From Vicugna vicugna (lineage: Eukaryota), in NCBI GenBank assembly GCA_013265495.1, contig MU058781.1:11017009-11081008 (forward strand): a stretch of 64,000 bases of DNA, in the 5' to 3' direction. The first letter of the stretch is position 1, and every line of letters starts with the position of its first letter. Of the stretch, positions 51,053 through 63,324 are shown in pieces. The position numbers were made by a program, and so were the translations under genes. A model generated the notes under the pieces. The model worked only from the letters and a program-made list of their open reading frames with translations. It was not told where the DNA came from and did not search any database.

Positions 51053-53919
51053 TGGGAGTGGAGGAACACAGAAAAGAACCTATGGTGATGTACCACTCGG
51101 AGATCTTGGAACAGCTTTCAGGCCCTGAACCTGTATTTCCAGTCTAGCTCTACCCTATTTCTGCTCCATTCCCCAAATCACTGTGTTACAAGAAAGGATC
51201 TGACTGACACTTTCACTAATAACTAAAGTAGCAGCTAATATATTCCCTGTTCCAGAGAGAAACTTATAAAAAGAGACTATTTCAAATGCCAAATATTCTC
51301 CTGTACAAATGGGTTTACAGAGCAGCAAAGGTCTTACTGTTTGTAGAGGAGAAAGGAAGACAGAAAAGCAAATATATTTGGGTACAGTCCAGGCCCAGTA
51401 CCCCCTCCCATTACCTATTCTACCTGATCAAGGCTAAGTGCTCCTGTGGGTGCCTGCCCACTGTCCCCTCTGTCCACACTAATCTGCAAAGCAAAGATGC
51501 AAGGAGGGAGGATGAGCCTCAGAACTGACCAAAGAGAACTTCTCAGCCCAGGATTTCAGAAAATGTGAAATTAGATCTTGATCATTGGGAATCTGCCATC
51601 ATCACGGAGCAGAAAAAAGCAGACATCTGTTCTGTCCAGGAACACAGACAGTATACTAATCACAGGCTACTGCCTGGTACAGAACACTGTGGCCTTGGCT
51701 TGGACAGGCTCACGGCCAGGCAGGCAGAGGCTGACCAGGCTGCAGTCTTCCCAGGAGCAATGCAGGCCACCATCGAAGTGTCCAGTGGCTGAAGGCTCTG
51801 CCTCTCCTCAGTGAGTAAACAAATTACACGGAGCCCCTTCTCCATCCTCCTCTTAGGGACCCTAAATTCCAGGAACAAATCTGAGAACTGAGCCTGCAAG
51901 CTGAATCTTGTGCTTTTTTTCTTTTTTTAACTACCTAAGCCTCTCATAATATTCTCTCCTCTCCTTCTTTTATCCAAATCTTATCCACCTGTCAAGGCTC
52001 CGGATCCCATCATCCATTTACTAATTTATTCACTTACCATAATTTTTACAAAGTAATATACTAGTCATTGTGTAGACTATATAGTGAATTGTGGGTAAAT
52101 CCTTCTTTCATGATATTTACAAGCCTAACAAGGGAGAATAAATAGACATATAAATGATGTCGATACAAGGCAAAAATAAAAGTGGTAGAACAAGACAGGT
52201 AAGAATAGATATATTCATATATAGATACATTCATATATTTATATGTTAATATATAAAAAACAATGAATCATTCAAGCATATCAAAGAAGGCTTTATGAGA
52301 AAAGATGGCAGTCATGTGAGGACAAAATGGCCAGTACTTGGAGACACAGATTTGGGGGGAAAAGCATAGAGAACCACTGAAGTAAATAAAAGGAAGGAAG
52401 GAAGTACAAGTTGTGTTTGAAGAACACTGAATATGTTCAGTGTGATGAGAAATGAACATGAAAGGGGAACCATGAAATACAAGGTCACAAAAGCAGGCTG
52501 AAGCCTAATCACAGCACCCTTTCTGGAAAACAACTCAGGAATCTACAACCTCTCCTGACCTCTCTTCTCTGTGACTTTCCAAAGTGCTTCTGTTTGTATC
52601 TCACCCTTTGTGCTCTAAATGGCAAACACTCAACAAATGTGCGTTGAATAATGAATTAACAAGACATTCACTGGTAAATGTTTCTGTGTAATATAACCCA
52701 GGGAAATTGGGCAGTCCATTCAAAGTGAAAACTTAGTTGCCTCAAAGCGGTCATCTCTGTTCCCTAATGTTTGCAAAACTAATAAATAAAAACTATGGTT
52801 CATGAAAGGCAAGAGAATGGCAATAATTCACATTTTCAGGGCATACTGGGATGTAAAATTGATATCTTACTTTATCTCACTAATTCAAGTTACTTCAGAT
52901 AGAGAGACCAAAGGCAGATGTGCAAGTGGAATTTGGAACACCTGTATTGCCCCCAGGCTCTTGGACAGGCGTGTCCACCTCTGGGTCACCTCACCAGAAA
53001 GTTCCACAGAGATGCCAGAGATGGCACAGATTGGAAATATATCTGGGAAAAGAGGAAGCAAATGAAGAGTACCTGAGAAGCAGAAGCCTCGAGGTTCCAA
53101 GCTGAAAACATCATAGGCTCTCAAAACATTTAGCTAAATTGTCATTAACATCACAGCTATAGTTTATTAAGTACTTGCTAAGTACCAGGCTTTGTGATAA
53201 GTGCTTTACAAATTTAATTTCCTTCAATTCGCATAACTACCATATGAAGTAGATATTACTACAACCATTTCATAGAGGAAAAAAATGGGGTGTTCAGTGG
53301 TGAAGCAACCTGACTAGGTTCAAAAGCAGGAGGTTGTGGAGCCAGGATTAAACCCCGGTGGGTTCAATTCCAAGCTCTGTTTAGACTTTATCTCTGAATT
53401 AATGGATAATAAATTCTTCATGCGTTGTCAAAAGAGACCATCACACTTAACAGAAACCAACAAGGAAGTCAGCCACACCCTTCCTCTGATAGATGTACAG
53501 CTCTGAGCCCCTGGCTTTTTTTTCATGTGTGCAGATTCTTTTGGACTTTCAAGGATGGGACAGCACAGCAGCCATGTCACAATTCAAGAATAAATAAATG
53601 TCACCAGATCCACACACCGACTAAGAGAAAAAGCAAGCTAAGAAGCAACACGTCAAAATTACTGGAAGATGCACTTTCACAAAGACTGGGAAGGGAGAAA
53701 AGAAATGTGGTGCCTACAGGTTTAAGCGGTGTTGCAACTGGGATAAGAGTTGTGAACCATAGGAACACAGAAGACACAGCCATCCCTTGGTGTTCCTCAA
53801 AGCATTTGCCCAACATTTGCCTTGATATATCCACGGTTTAATAAAAATAGAATTATCTTTTACCATTTTTAAGGCAAAATATCACTTATACCCTAAATTC
53901 TCTTCAGATCATCTTGTAG

Positions 53920-54180
53920 ATTCCAGTTCCCCTCCCCCACTTAGCAGTTGTGTGACCTGTGATGAGTAATTGTGAGCCCGTGTCACCATGGGGCAAGTCA
54001 CTTCTCTCTATGCCTCAGCCTCCTCATCTGTGAAACTGGGATAATAAACAATAACCCCCACACAGAGGGCTGATGTGAGGACTGAATGACTTAATATGCA
54101 TATAGTTAATATATATGAGGTAGATACTTAGAGCAATGCCTGGGACACAGTAAGCACCATGTAAATGCGAGGTGTTACGA
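53920..54180 (+). mobile_element. MIR SINE (one of many; others near 790-985, 3170-3385, 20270-20560, 25285-25495, 30050-30530, 42670-42805, 53150-53380)
   Basis: MIR core GGGCAAGTCACTT...TGCCTCAG...CCTCATCTGTGAAA.TGGGATAATAA...GTGAGGACTGAATGA. Confidence 0.85.
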
Positions 54181-54659
54181 TGTGTAGAGTGGCTGTGCAA
54201 GTATGAACTATTTTATTCATGATTTCCATTCAACGTCACTTACCAGTGGTCTGCAGAAGGTCTCATGGAGCAGGGGTCATTCATTGCGTGCATATGCTAA
54301 CCTGCCCACAACTACACACATTTTCTGAGGTAAGTTTCTAGTGTTCTTGCCCTCGTGCGTTTGTGTGTTTTTCTTGAGTATCATCATTTAATTCATTTTC
54401 TTCATCACTCTTCCATCTCACTCAAGTCTAAATGACCTTGGGGTCAGGCACGAGGGGAGACACTGAGACGGCCCAAGGCTGACAGAAATGGGAAGGTTCT
54501 TCGAGGTAAGCAGCGCTCTGCCAGCCAGAGAAGTTCCTCACCTCGGTCGTATGGCACCAAGGACATGAGACATGGTCCGGAGAAGCCTCTACACATGAGG
54601 GGGTGGGCGAGGAAACACACCGCAGGCCTACAGGCCTTCTCCATCCATCTGAAAAAATT

Positions 54660-55210
54660 CGTGTCAGAGGCCGCCATGGCGGAAGTTGGGCTGGGCAGGG
54701 GACGAAGCGTGGCCATGGCAGAAGGCGGAGCAGTGCCAGCCCCGTGGAACTTTGCTTAGAGCAGAGTAACCCTCCTTCCAGACGGCGGGTCACCGCCTGA
54801 GGGGGCGCCTGTGGCCCCGCGCTGCAGGCCGGAAGCGGGCCGGCCTCTCGAGCCACGCCAGCCGGGCCCCGCCCACTCGTCGCACGTCGGCGCGGCTCCG
54901 GCCCCGCCCCCTCGGCGGCAGCGGCGGCGGCAGGCTGCGCGGGCCTCGGCTGCGCGGGCACGCGGGACGCCCAGCTGTCAATCACGCGCAGGCTGAGCTC
55001 TGCGAGGCGGGAGCGGCGGCAGCGGCGGCGGCGGCGGCGGAGATGGGACCCCAGCGAGAGATCTGCGGCTAACTGGCTGCATTTGCTCCACGGGTCAGGG
55101 GATCGCAGAGGGCAGGTAAAGCCATGCGGAGCCCAGGGATGAGGTTTTCTAAGCTTGACTTGTCTTTCTCGCTCTCCTCCCTTTCTCTTTCCTTCCTCGC
55201 TCCTTACGCA
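54660..55210 (+). promoter_or_regulatory. NRSN1: CpG island / NRSN1 promoter
   Basis: This is the only dense CpG cluster in the window. It contains GC boxes (GGCCCCGCCC near 54864 and 54900), ETS-type CGGAAG sites (near 54680 and 54830), a YY1-like GCCGCCATGGCG (near 54670), and CTGTCAATCA at 54975-54984. It lies ~7.6 kb upstream of the NRSN1 ATG. Confidence 0.88.
54990..55115 (+). other. NRSN1: Inferred non-coding exon 1 of NRSN1 (start site approximate)
   Basis: GC-rich segment inside the CpG island ending in the donor CAG|GTAAAG at 55115/55116. The transcription start cannot be determined from sequence. Confidence 0.6.
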
Positions 55211-55268
55211 CAAATATTCATATTCTGTCTCTCTGTCTTTCTCTCTCTCTTTCTCTGTCTACCTGTTT

Positions 55269-55270
<2 letters not shown>

Positions 55271-55308
<38 letters not shown>
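55271..55308 (+). repeat. (CA)19 microsatellite in NRSN1 intron 1
   Basis: Perfect CA repeat preceded by a CT-rich tract. Confidence 0.97.
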
Positions 55309-55309
<1 letters not shown>

Positions 55310-56872
55310 TACTCATTCACATTTATTATATATACGCAAATCTCTACAAAAGCTATGCATATTAAAATCCATGAACACATACAAATTAGGAGTAGCCAAC
55401 TCCATGCTTTGGCGGTTTGTGATTTGTGTTATGTAAGAATTTGACAGGTAGACAGGGAAAACTCAGGAGTTTCTCTTCTGTGAGATAGGAAAAGTTGTGT
55501 ATTAGGTAAGAGTTAAATATATGTATTTGGAGTTTGCAAAGCTGGTTTGATCCATTTTCTATGCTGAATTTAACCCCTCCTTTACCTCCCCAGACTTCTG
55601 CCATATCTAAAGATGTTGGAGTGTTTTGATATGATCTCAGCACCTCCTTCTTTGTGTTGTTATAAAGGGGCGTTGGGTGGGGGTCAGACCAAAGCTCATG
55701 ACCTCAAAGAAAACAGAGCTGGAGTTAAACAGCTGATGTTTACTTAATTGATTCTTGGCTCTGCAACAGAAATGTTTTCAGAACCTTGGAGAGCTTTTTG
55801 GGCTCCAGACCAGGCCTGCCTTTGGTGAAGGGCATATGTGGAGTCAGTTCCTTCAAAGAAAATGAGAAAGATGACAGATAAAAGGAAGGGGCATTTAATT
55901 GGGAGAGACAGGCACAAATGAGAGACAGACAGACTTGTTTTCTTTTGCTTACCCAGGTCTGGTATCCTAATATAATCTGCTGCTTTTCCCAAATCTGCTC
56001 ACATACCACCCACAAAATAAAATTTCAGGGCAAATAAATGAATCTTGAAGAAGGTTGTTTTAGCGATGGTTCATACAGACTGAACCTGGAAAATACTGAA
56101 AGCAGTTTTTCAGGCCTCAACTAGGCTTACACACCTCAAATCTTTGAGGGTCTCCTGCAAATGGATGGGAAACTGTTCATCAGAAAGAATTCTTAATGGC
56201 CTCTTGAAAAATATGGCCCCAATTATTATTTTATTTCACATGACTAAAGTAATGTAGGAAACCAATAGTTGGCAATGGCTTTTTAATTAAATCTTTCATG
56301 AGCACCTGCTTTTCTTAGGCAGATGGAAAGTAAAATGATCGTGATAGGAAGAAAATGAATATAGGAGTAAAAATCAGCCTGATGAGTAAATTATCCAAAG
56401 AGCCTTAATAAGTCTAAAATGCATGTAAATGGATCAGAAAATACAATGGCTATAAGATTAATTTATAATGGAACAAGCACCAAGGAAATCAAGTCTGGGG
56501 TATCTAGAATGCAAGTAATCTTTTAATTCATAATTTGTAAAAATACAAATGTATCAGTCTAGTTGGTGTTATTGACTATATGGAATATAATTATATCAAA
56601 GTAAAAATATTTTTGTATAATGTGTTATAGTTTACAAAGTATTTTTCATTTGTTGCCTCATTTACTCTATGAACTCTCATGAGAGCCCATTAAAACATTA
56701 TAAAATATGTTACACTTTTGTAAAAACAAAAGGCCATCTCTGCTCCTGAATAAGAAATCCTTTGTAAATGTTTTTGTCAATGTTAAATGATTTCTTGTAA
56801 GTTATAAGAATGGCTTATGAACTTTGGGCTTTTAGCCAGATCATATTCTACAGAGATTTTTTTCTTAAATAG

Positions 56873-56942
56873 GTTTGAAGAATGTGCCATTAAAAGGAAA
56901 GGTCAAAGAGTAAACAAGAAGAGGAAGAGGAGGACTTCAAAG
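56873..56942 (+). other. NRSN1: Inferred 70-nt non-coding exon 2 of NRSN1
   Basis: Acceptor TTTTTTTCTTAAATAG| at 56872, a purine-rich body (AAGAAGAGGAAGAGGAGG), and a strong donor AAG|GTAAGA at 56942/56943. It lies between the promoter and the first coding exon. Confidence 0.65.
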
Positions 56943-59194
56943 GTAAGACTCACACCTTGTCACATGTAGATTCATAAGTACGTTGTGGTCCGCACATAGA
57001 TAAAGAAAAGATTGGAAGAGAATATGGATTCATTTTCTCTTCTCATTTGGGTTTTAGACTTTATAGTACCTTGTTTAAAAATACTTCTTAAAGAAGTAAA
57101 GTGGTAAGATAATGGCTTATTATTACCTGCCTTTTAAAAATTATAAAAGTAGTGGCATACCCACTGACTTAGAGGGAACAAAAAAAGTTTACAATAGAGA
57201 GCCACAATCTACTGCTGTGCCAGGACAATATAATATCTCGGAGATGGTCCATTGATAGAAACACATTTTCGAGTTTAAGGTCATGCTTGTATAATTCCAA
57301 AATGCCTGATTTAAAAGTGAAAAAGCTGTTAGCCAGCTTTCATGCCTTCCTGCAGCCACTCTGAGTCTAACTGATTCTTTTAAGTGAATTGACCTTTTGG
57401 TGTGGTGTTGGATAAATGGTCTAAATCAGCTATGTGCCTGGATTTTGCAGCACTGGCCCTGTGGAAAAGTGGCTCTAATGGGAACTTCACTCTCATTATC
57501 TCAGAATGATTTTATGGGAGAGAAAAGCAATATGAAAAAATTGAATAATCTTTGAAAGAGAATGAATAGAACAGGGCCTGTGCCTGGCCTCACCACTGAC
57601 TCACACGTAGAGCCATGGGAAAACACTCATCCTTTCTGTGCCTCAATTTTCTGCCTCTCTTCTTTCAAGGAGACCATGAAGACACATAATATAAAATCTG
57701 TGCTGTTCTTAGAGTTTCATGAGGCATTAAGCCTTATTTCTGTTTTCCTGGCTATGAACATTTTTCAGAGAAAATATAAAAATGCTTCTATTAGGCTGAA
57801 ATTCAAATTCCCAACAAATTGATACTCTAGTGTAATGGGACACATAGAGATGATGGTCACACATGCATGGCTTTCTTTGCTGAACAAAGTAATTGTTCAA
57901 GGGATTCTCAGCATTTGTACTTCTTCCTGCTGCAAATACATCATTTTGGTGCCCATTTTCTTGCACTTTCTGCTTCAGAAGTGTTTCTTCTTCTAACCCA
58001 AGAGTCAACTGAGAGCAAAAGGTGTGCCCCACTCATCTTTGTAACCATCATCTTCACATAATCTGGCTCATAACTTAGGCTTTGAAAGCACTGAAGGAAG
58101 GGAGGAATGAAAGTCAAGGACCACTCAGGCCACCTCCCCACCGACTTCTAGAACTCTGTGCTAAGAAATGTCAAAATGCTTGAGATTAAAGTGGTAAACA
58201 GGACAGAAAATGTCCCTACCCTCATGAAGTTTACAGTTTATCATGTACCCAGTCTATAGGACCATCAATAAACCATGTAACAAAGGATCAGGTAGTAACA
58301 AGTGCTAGGAAGAGAAACAAATCTGGACAAGGGCTGGTAGAGAGTGAAAAGGGGCTGATATTTCATATACTCACTGTAGAAAGCCTCTCAGAAGTTTGTG
58401 AGGGGAGTTAAGGGATGATTTTCTCTCTCTCTGAGTCTCTGGTATGCAGTAGATATGCAGTGTTGCTAAGAATTGAGTATCTATTTAATGTATAGCTGCG
58501 TGTGCAGCTGAGACAGATACCATAGACAAATAATAAATAGAGGAAAACCACAGATAGATCTTCACTTATCGGCACCTAGAACGTTCCTCAGTAAGAAGAA
58601 AAACAATTCCCCCTTTGTAGATGACCAAGTAACCAGACACTAGTGTTGTTTGTGCTCCACGGCGGCCATGCTGGCGGTGAGGACGCAACAGGCTCCACTA
58701 GAGTATTCATAAAATGAATACTCAACTCATTTAAAAACAGTCCTGGAAAGTATTTTCACTCACCTCCCCTCATGCATGCACTTCCTAGGATGTTAAGGCT
58801 TTTCTCAAGAAAAGAGCTCCCCTTCAGGATCCATCACTGAACAACAGTCATCGATGTAACCTTACTGTTTTTGAAATGCAAACACCGGAATTCTTACAAA
58901 ACCTTATTCATTCAATAAATGCTGAGGCAAGCTAAAAAGCCTTTCCAGGTACCTTCCCTTTCTTCTCAGCCCAAGTTTGTTGTATGATCATTGCCCAGCT
59001 TTTAAAGTGACCTTATCAAATGACGTTTTGTATCCTTTTTATGATACTGGAGGTGTCAGTCAACCAAGTAATTCCAAATAACTGTAACATTTTCTATATT
59101 GAAACCAAAAGTTACCAGCTTTCCTATAAGGAGTGTAACTCTCTGTTGAGATTTTGTAGGTGCAAAATTTCTACTCTAACATGTTATAGTTTAA

Positions 59195-59380
59195 AATTCA
59201 ATAAACAACAAAGTCCTACTGTATAGCACAGGGAACTATATTCAGTATCTTGTAATAACCTATATTGAAAAAATATAAAAAGGAATTATATATGTACAAT
59301 TGAATCACTTTGCTGTACATCAGAAACTAACACAATATTGTAAACCGACTATACGTCAATTAAAAAATAAATAAAATAAT
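59195..59380 (+). mobile_element. Short L1 3'-UTR fragment in an NRSN1 intron
   Basis: ATAAACAACAAAGTCCTACTGTATAGCACAGGGAACTATATTCAGTATCTTGTAATAACC... followed by an A-rich tail. Confidence 0.85.
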
Positions 59381-61017
59381 TATTTTTTCTCCAAAAAATG
59401 AAAATAAAACTCATGTTCTACCAAGTGATCATTCTCCTCTAAAAGTGAATCCCAGCAAATTGTATATTTGGCCAGATGTATGAAACCTCTAAGACATGCA
59501 GGGACCACTATTTTAGGCAACATACACTATGCTGAAGTAATTTATTAAACAAATAAACAATACATATTCAGTCTACTTAATATGAAGTAACTAACCTAAC
59601 TATTAGCTTATATGCTCTTTTCAACTGATGCTTCATACATACTATAATAAACCAATCTAACAATCATTGAGAGTCTGAGAGGAGGCAGGAAATCACTAAA
59701 CCCAGTTGTTTATCCACCAAAAATAATCGACTCTGTAAATTCATGGCCTAAGACTCCTAAAAAACTATTTCTGAAAGGAATGAGAGGTTATCTGGTCCAC
59801 TACCTTATTTTAAGGACAGTGAAACCATAGCCCAGAGAGGTTACTGAGCTTGCCTGAGATGTCAAAACCACTAAGTTGCAGATCAAGAACTAGCATTAGA
59901 GCCCATTTTCTGTTCTGTGTGGTTATCACAGCACAGGCCATGTTCTTGTACTTTGTGTGCCTAGAGGAAAGAATAAGACATATTTGGATTTCTTTTCTGG
60001 AATGTACCTAACTTCACTAAAAATCCGTTCTGACTTAGAGTAGAGCCTTCTATCATTTAGACTTAAAAATATTTGTTTTGTAATGTTTTCTATCTCTTTT
60101 ATGGTTTTACCCATATCATGTTTAACCGAATTGGACTACTGAGTCTCATCCTATAAAGCAGAAACATTTGACCTAGTGTTCTGGAAACACACTGTGCAGG
60201 GAATGACTACAGAATGTCACGTGGTTCTGCTCTGCATCAGAGCTAAATCTTGAGAAAGAACGACTTCAGCAACTAAGGAAGACAACTACTGTTGCTATGA
60301 GGGATTTTTTTTTACTCCTATCATATCTATTTTTGTCTTTTTTTCATGTTAAAGTCTCTGATTTTCTATAAAGTCGCTTTATAGAAAAGCTGAAAATATA
60401 TATTTGTATGAGTAGGTTCCAATTATGCAAATATGATTCAATCCATACTCCTGTTAACTATATTGTCATCTTTCATCTGCTCCCTGACTCATGATATAAC
60501 CTTTAGCAGATAGTTTTCCTATGTCTCAGTTTCGTCAATGACAAAGCAGAATTAGTAATACTAATCCCATCTCCCCTTGATTGCAACTTTATTGGAAAGT
60601 GCCTTTAGAATTATTCTACTTACGTATCACTAGTAATAGGCCCCTGTTAATCATTTTCATTCTGTAAGTATTAAAAGGTACTGACAAGATCACTGAAAAT
60701 ATGAAAAAAATTTAGTCCATCAGCCTTTTCTGCTCTAATCAGGCAAAGTACATTCTGAAATCTTGATATTTTTATGAATAATATCCTTCTGAAGTGTTAG
60801 AAAGCAAAAACACAGAAAAATTCCTTCCCTGCTTTCTCCTCCTGGGTGATATCTTTAGATGGTAGCTGGACCCAAAACAGGAAGGCGGCACTGGGATGTA
60901 GGCACTAAATGTAATACTGAGCGACACTTGAAAAGTATTGGTCACTGTCAGTAACACCCATTTGCATCATTTTTCTAAGATCAGGTCTGTATTTTCCTGA
61001 ATTTGACTACATTTTCT

Positions 61018-61219
61018 CATTCTTTCTTCCTTCCTTCCTGTTTTTTGTTTGTTTGTTTGTTTGTTTGTTTGTTTGTTTTAAGAAATGCATCTTGGGGGGG
61101 GATGTAATTAGGTTTGGGTTGTTTTTTTTTTAATGGAGGTACTAGGGATTGAACCCAGGACCTCATGCATGCTAAGCATGCACTCTGCCACTAATCTATA
61201 CCCTCCCCAACCCCCCAAG
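61018..61219 (-). mobile_element. tRNA-derived SINE, vic-1-like, with extended simple-repeat tail, in an NRSN1 intron
   Basis: The reverse strand reads GGGGAGGGTATAGATTAGTGGCAGAGTGCATGCTTAGCATGCATGAGGTCCTGGGTTCAATCCC. It has an (AAAC)n tail and a 10-bp TSD TACATTTTCT at 61008-61017 and 61220-61229. Confidence 0.87.
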
Positions 61220-62613
61220 TACATTTTCTAACCAAAACCCACCTGAAGCTAAGGGCACACATTTACAAGATATTCTTAAGTGTTCATTTGGTGGCCATGG
61301 GACAGTGAATCTCTGGTTTCAGCTTTGATTTCAGCCCCATGATTCTATCCAACCAAACTAAGTGGCCATACAGGAACACTTGCCAGAATTTTAGATTATT
61401 TTTTCCTTGTAGATAAGCATTACTACTTGATTTCTTGATAAGTTACTGGAAAGCACAGGCCCTGAGACAACCTGGTTCAATGGGAAAATACCCTTCTATA
61501 TTGTCCCTTGCTTTGTCACATAGACAAAGAGAACTCTAGAGTTTAAAGCTATGTCCACACAGGGAAAACCACCTTGAGGATAACTGAAAAATCTAAAAAA
61601 GTATTTTATATCTCCAGCTACCTATTTATCTGCTTACATGGAGATAGAAAACCAAACAGAGAATAACTGAGAATTCTCTTACTCACCAAAATTTCTGTCC
61701 CTCAGTAATTCCTTTTTTTTTTTTCACCATGATTTAATAACCAGATTCCTCTCTCTCAGGTCAAATTAGGTCAAATCAAGTTGAAATTTCCATCTTAAAA
61801 AGGCAGAGTCCCAAACAGCCCACCCAGAGCCTAGTTTCATTAAACAATTCTCTAAATTCTTGCTTATAGTAGACACTTAATTGAAAATAATAAAAGGCTA
61901 GGTCTGCCTTCTACCTTATGCTCTGACATCCCACATGGACAGATGTATCCTCAAAGAATGCCTGAAATACCTGGAGTGAGAGTCAGTGAGTTATTGACCA
62001 AGCCATTTGTGATTAATAAAGCATGAAATGTAAGTTTTTCTGCAGCTTTTTAATAAAGTTTCTGTACAACTTGACCACTATTAGAGCAAGATACATGAGA
62101 TCCGAAGGCAAAATTTCAAACTGCTAAGTAACACCGTGTAGTTTCCACAAGGGAACATGGTTAAGCATCAGAGAGGACAGTCCAAGACAAATTCCATCTG
62201 TAGCAAGTGAGAGTGCCTGCCTAATTCTTTAACATGGAAGTGTAAAGACTACTGGGTTCTAAGAGATTGAAGATTTCTTGTCAAGACACTGAAAACCTCA
62301 GCTTCTTTGTTACCATTTCTCATGTGCTTTCTGCTTAAATTGCATCATTTAAGAGAGCTGTGCTGTTATGTCTCATTTCATTGACTGAGCACCTGTTCTA
62401 GTCATTGAGTGTTTGGGGTAACTTTGCATTAAGTAGAGAAGAGCAACTTTTAAGAAAAGCAGGTCTTTAAAAGTGTCTCTTCTCAAGATAAGAGCATTGT
62501 TCAAATAGGCTGAGATTATTCAGTCTGGTTCTCACCCTTAATGTGCCTTTTGTTCCTAAGGCCAGATCTCTTTGGGCTGATGCCTGTGGGTGTTGTCATT
62601 CCAGCTAGGAAGG

Positions 62614-62802
62614 ATGAGTTCTTGCAGCAAAGACTGTGGGTCCAAGCAGGCACAGGCTGCTACCGAGGGTGGGTACCAGCGCTACGGAGTCCGGTCCTAC
62701 CTGCACCAGTTTTATGAGGACTGTACCACCTCGATCTGGGAGTATGAGGATGATTTCCAGATCCAGAGATCACCTAACAGGTGGAGCTCAGTATTCTGGA
62801 AG
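62614..62802 (+). CDS. NRSN1: Neurensin-1, first coding exon (63 codons, phase-0 donor; CDS continues beyond the window)
   Basis: Translation MSSCSKDCGSKQAQAATEGGYQRYGVRSYLHQFYEDCTTSIWEYEDDFQIQRSPNRWSSVFWK matches the N-terminus of mammalian neurensin-1 as I recall it. The donor is AAG|GTAAGC at 62802/62803. The probable acceptor is TTCCAG| at 62604, with a branch-point-like CTGAT at 62577-62581. Confidence 0.96.
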
Positions 62803-63324
62803 GTAAGCAAAGAGTAAGTAAAGAGCATGTGTTTCACTCTGGAAATGGAGAGGTCATTGGATATGGTATTTAAGTATAGAGAACTCAGGACTCTGCGTGT
62901 GCATCACTCTTAGTTTTAAACTTCAAACTTAGAAGTTTTCTTCTCCTAAGAAAGGAGACTATAAACCTTGGGCTGAAGGAAACCTCTAAACACAGCACAA
63001 TTGTTGATTTGCAGATTAAACATAAATAGGTATACTTGCCATCATCAATTATTATTTTTGCTGCTGTTACTCATGTGCCACTAAGTTTACCAACAATGAA
63101 GCCATTTGAAGGCAAAACATGCTTTCAACCTCCCTTACAGGTTTGGTAAGAATCATTTGACAAATTACAATAATTAATAAAAGAAATAGTTGGGTATCTA
63201 GAGAGAGTTAATGCTGAGACAGTATAGTGGTCAGCCTACCAGCTCTGCCTCTGCCGGATATGTGGTCATGAGGCTCTCTGAGCTTCAACTTCCTCAAATG
63301 AGGGAGCATCACTGGACAATGTGT

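Noticed and set aside
51565..51899. Overlapping 75-79 aa ORFs in a GC-richer patch
   Set aside because: No recognisable homology and no convincing exon structure.
54428..55213. 261-aa minus-strand ORF across the CpG island
   Set aside because: It is a low-complexity Arg/Ala/Pro/Gly-rich frame of the kind expected in stop-poor GC-rich DNA, and it resembles no protein I know. Antisense transcription cannot be excluded, but coding is unsupported.
62590..62817. ORF-track version of the NRSN1 exon (MLSFQLGR... start, ...VSKE* end)
   Set aside because: The GTG start lies upstream of the probable acceptor at 62604, and VSKE* is read-through past the donor at 62802. The gene is not truncated.
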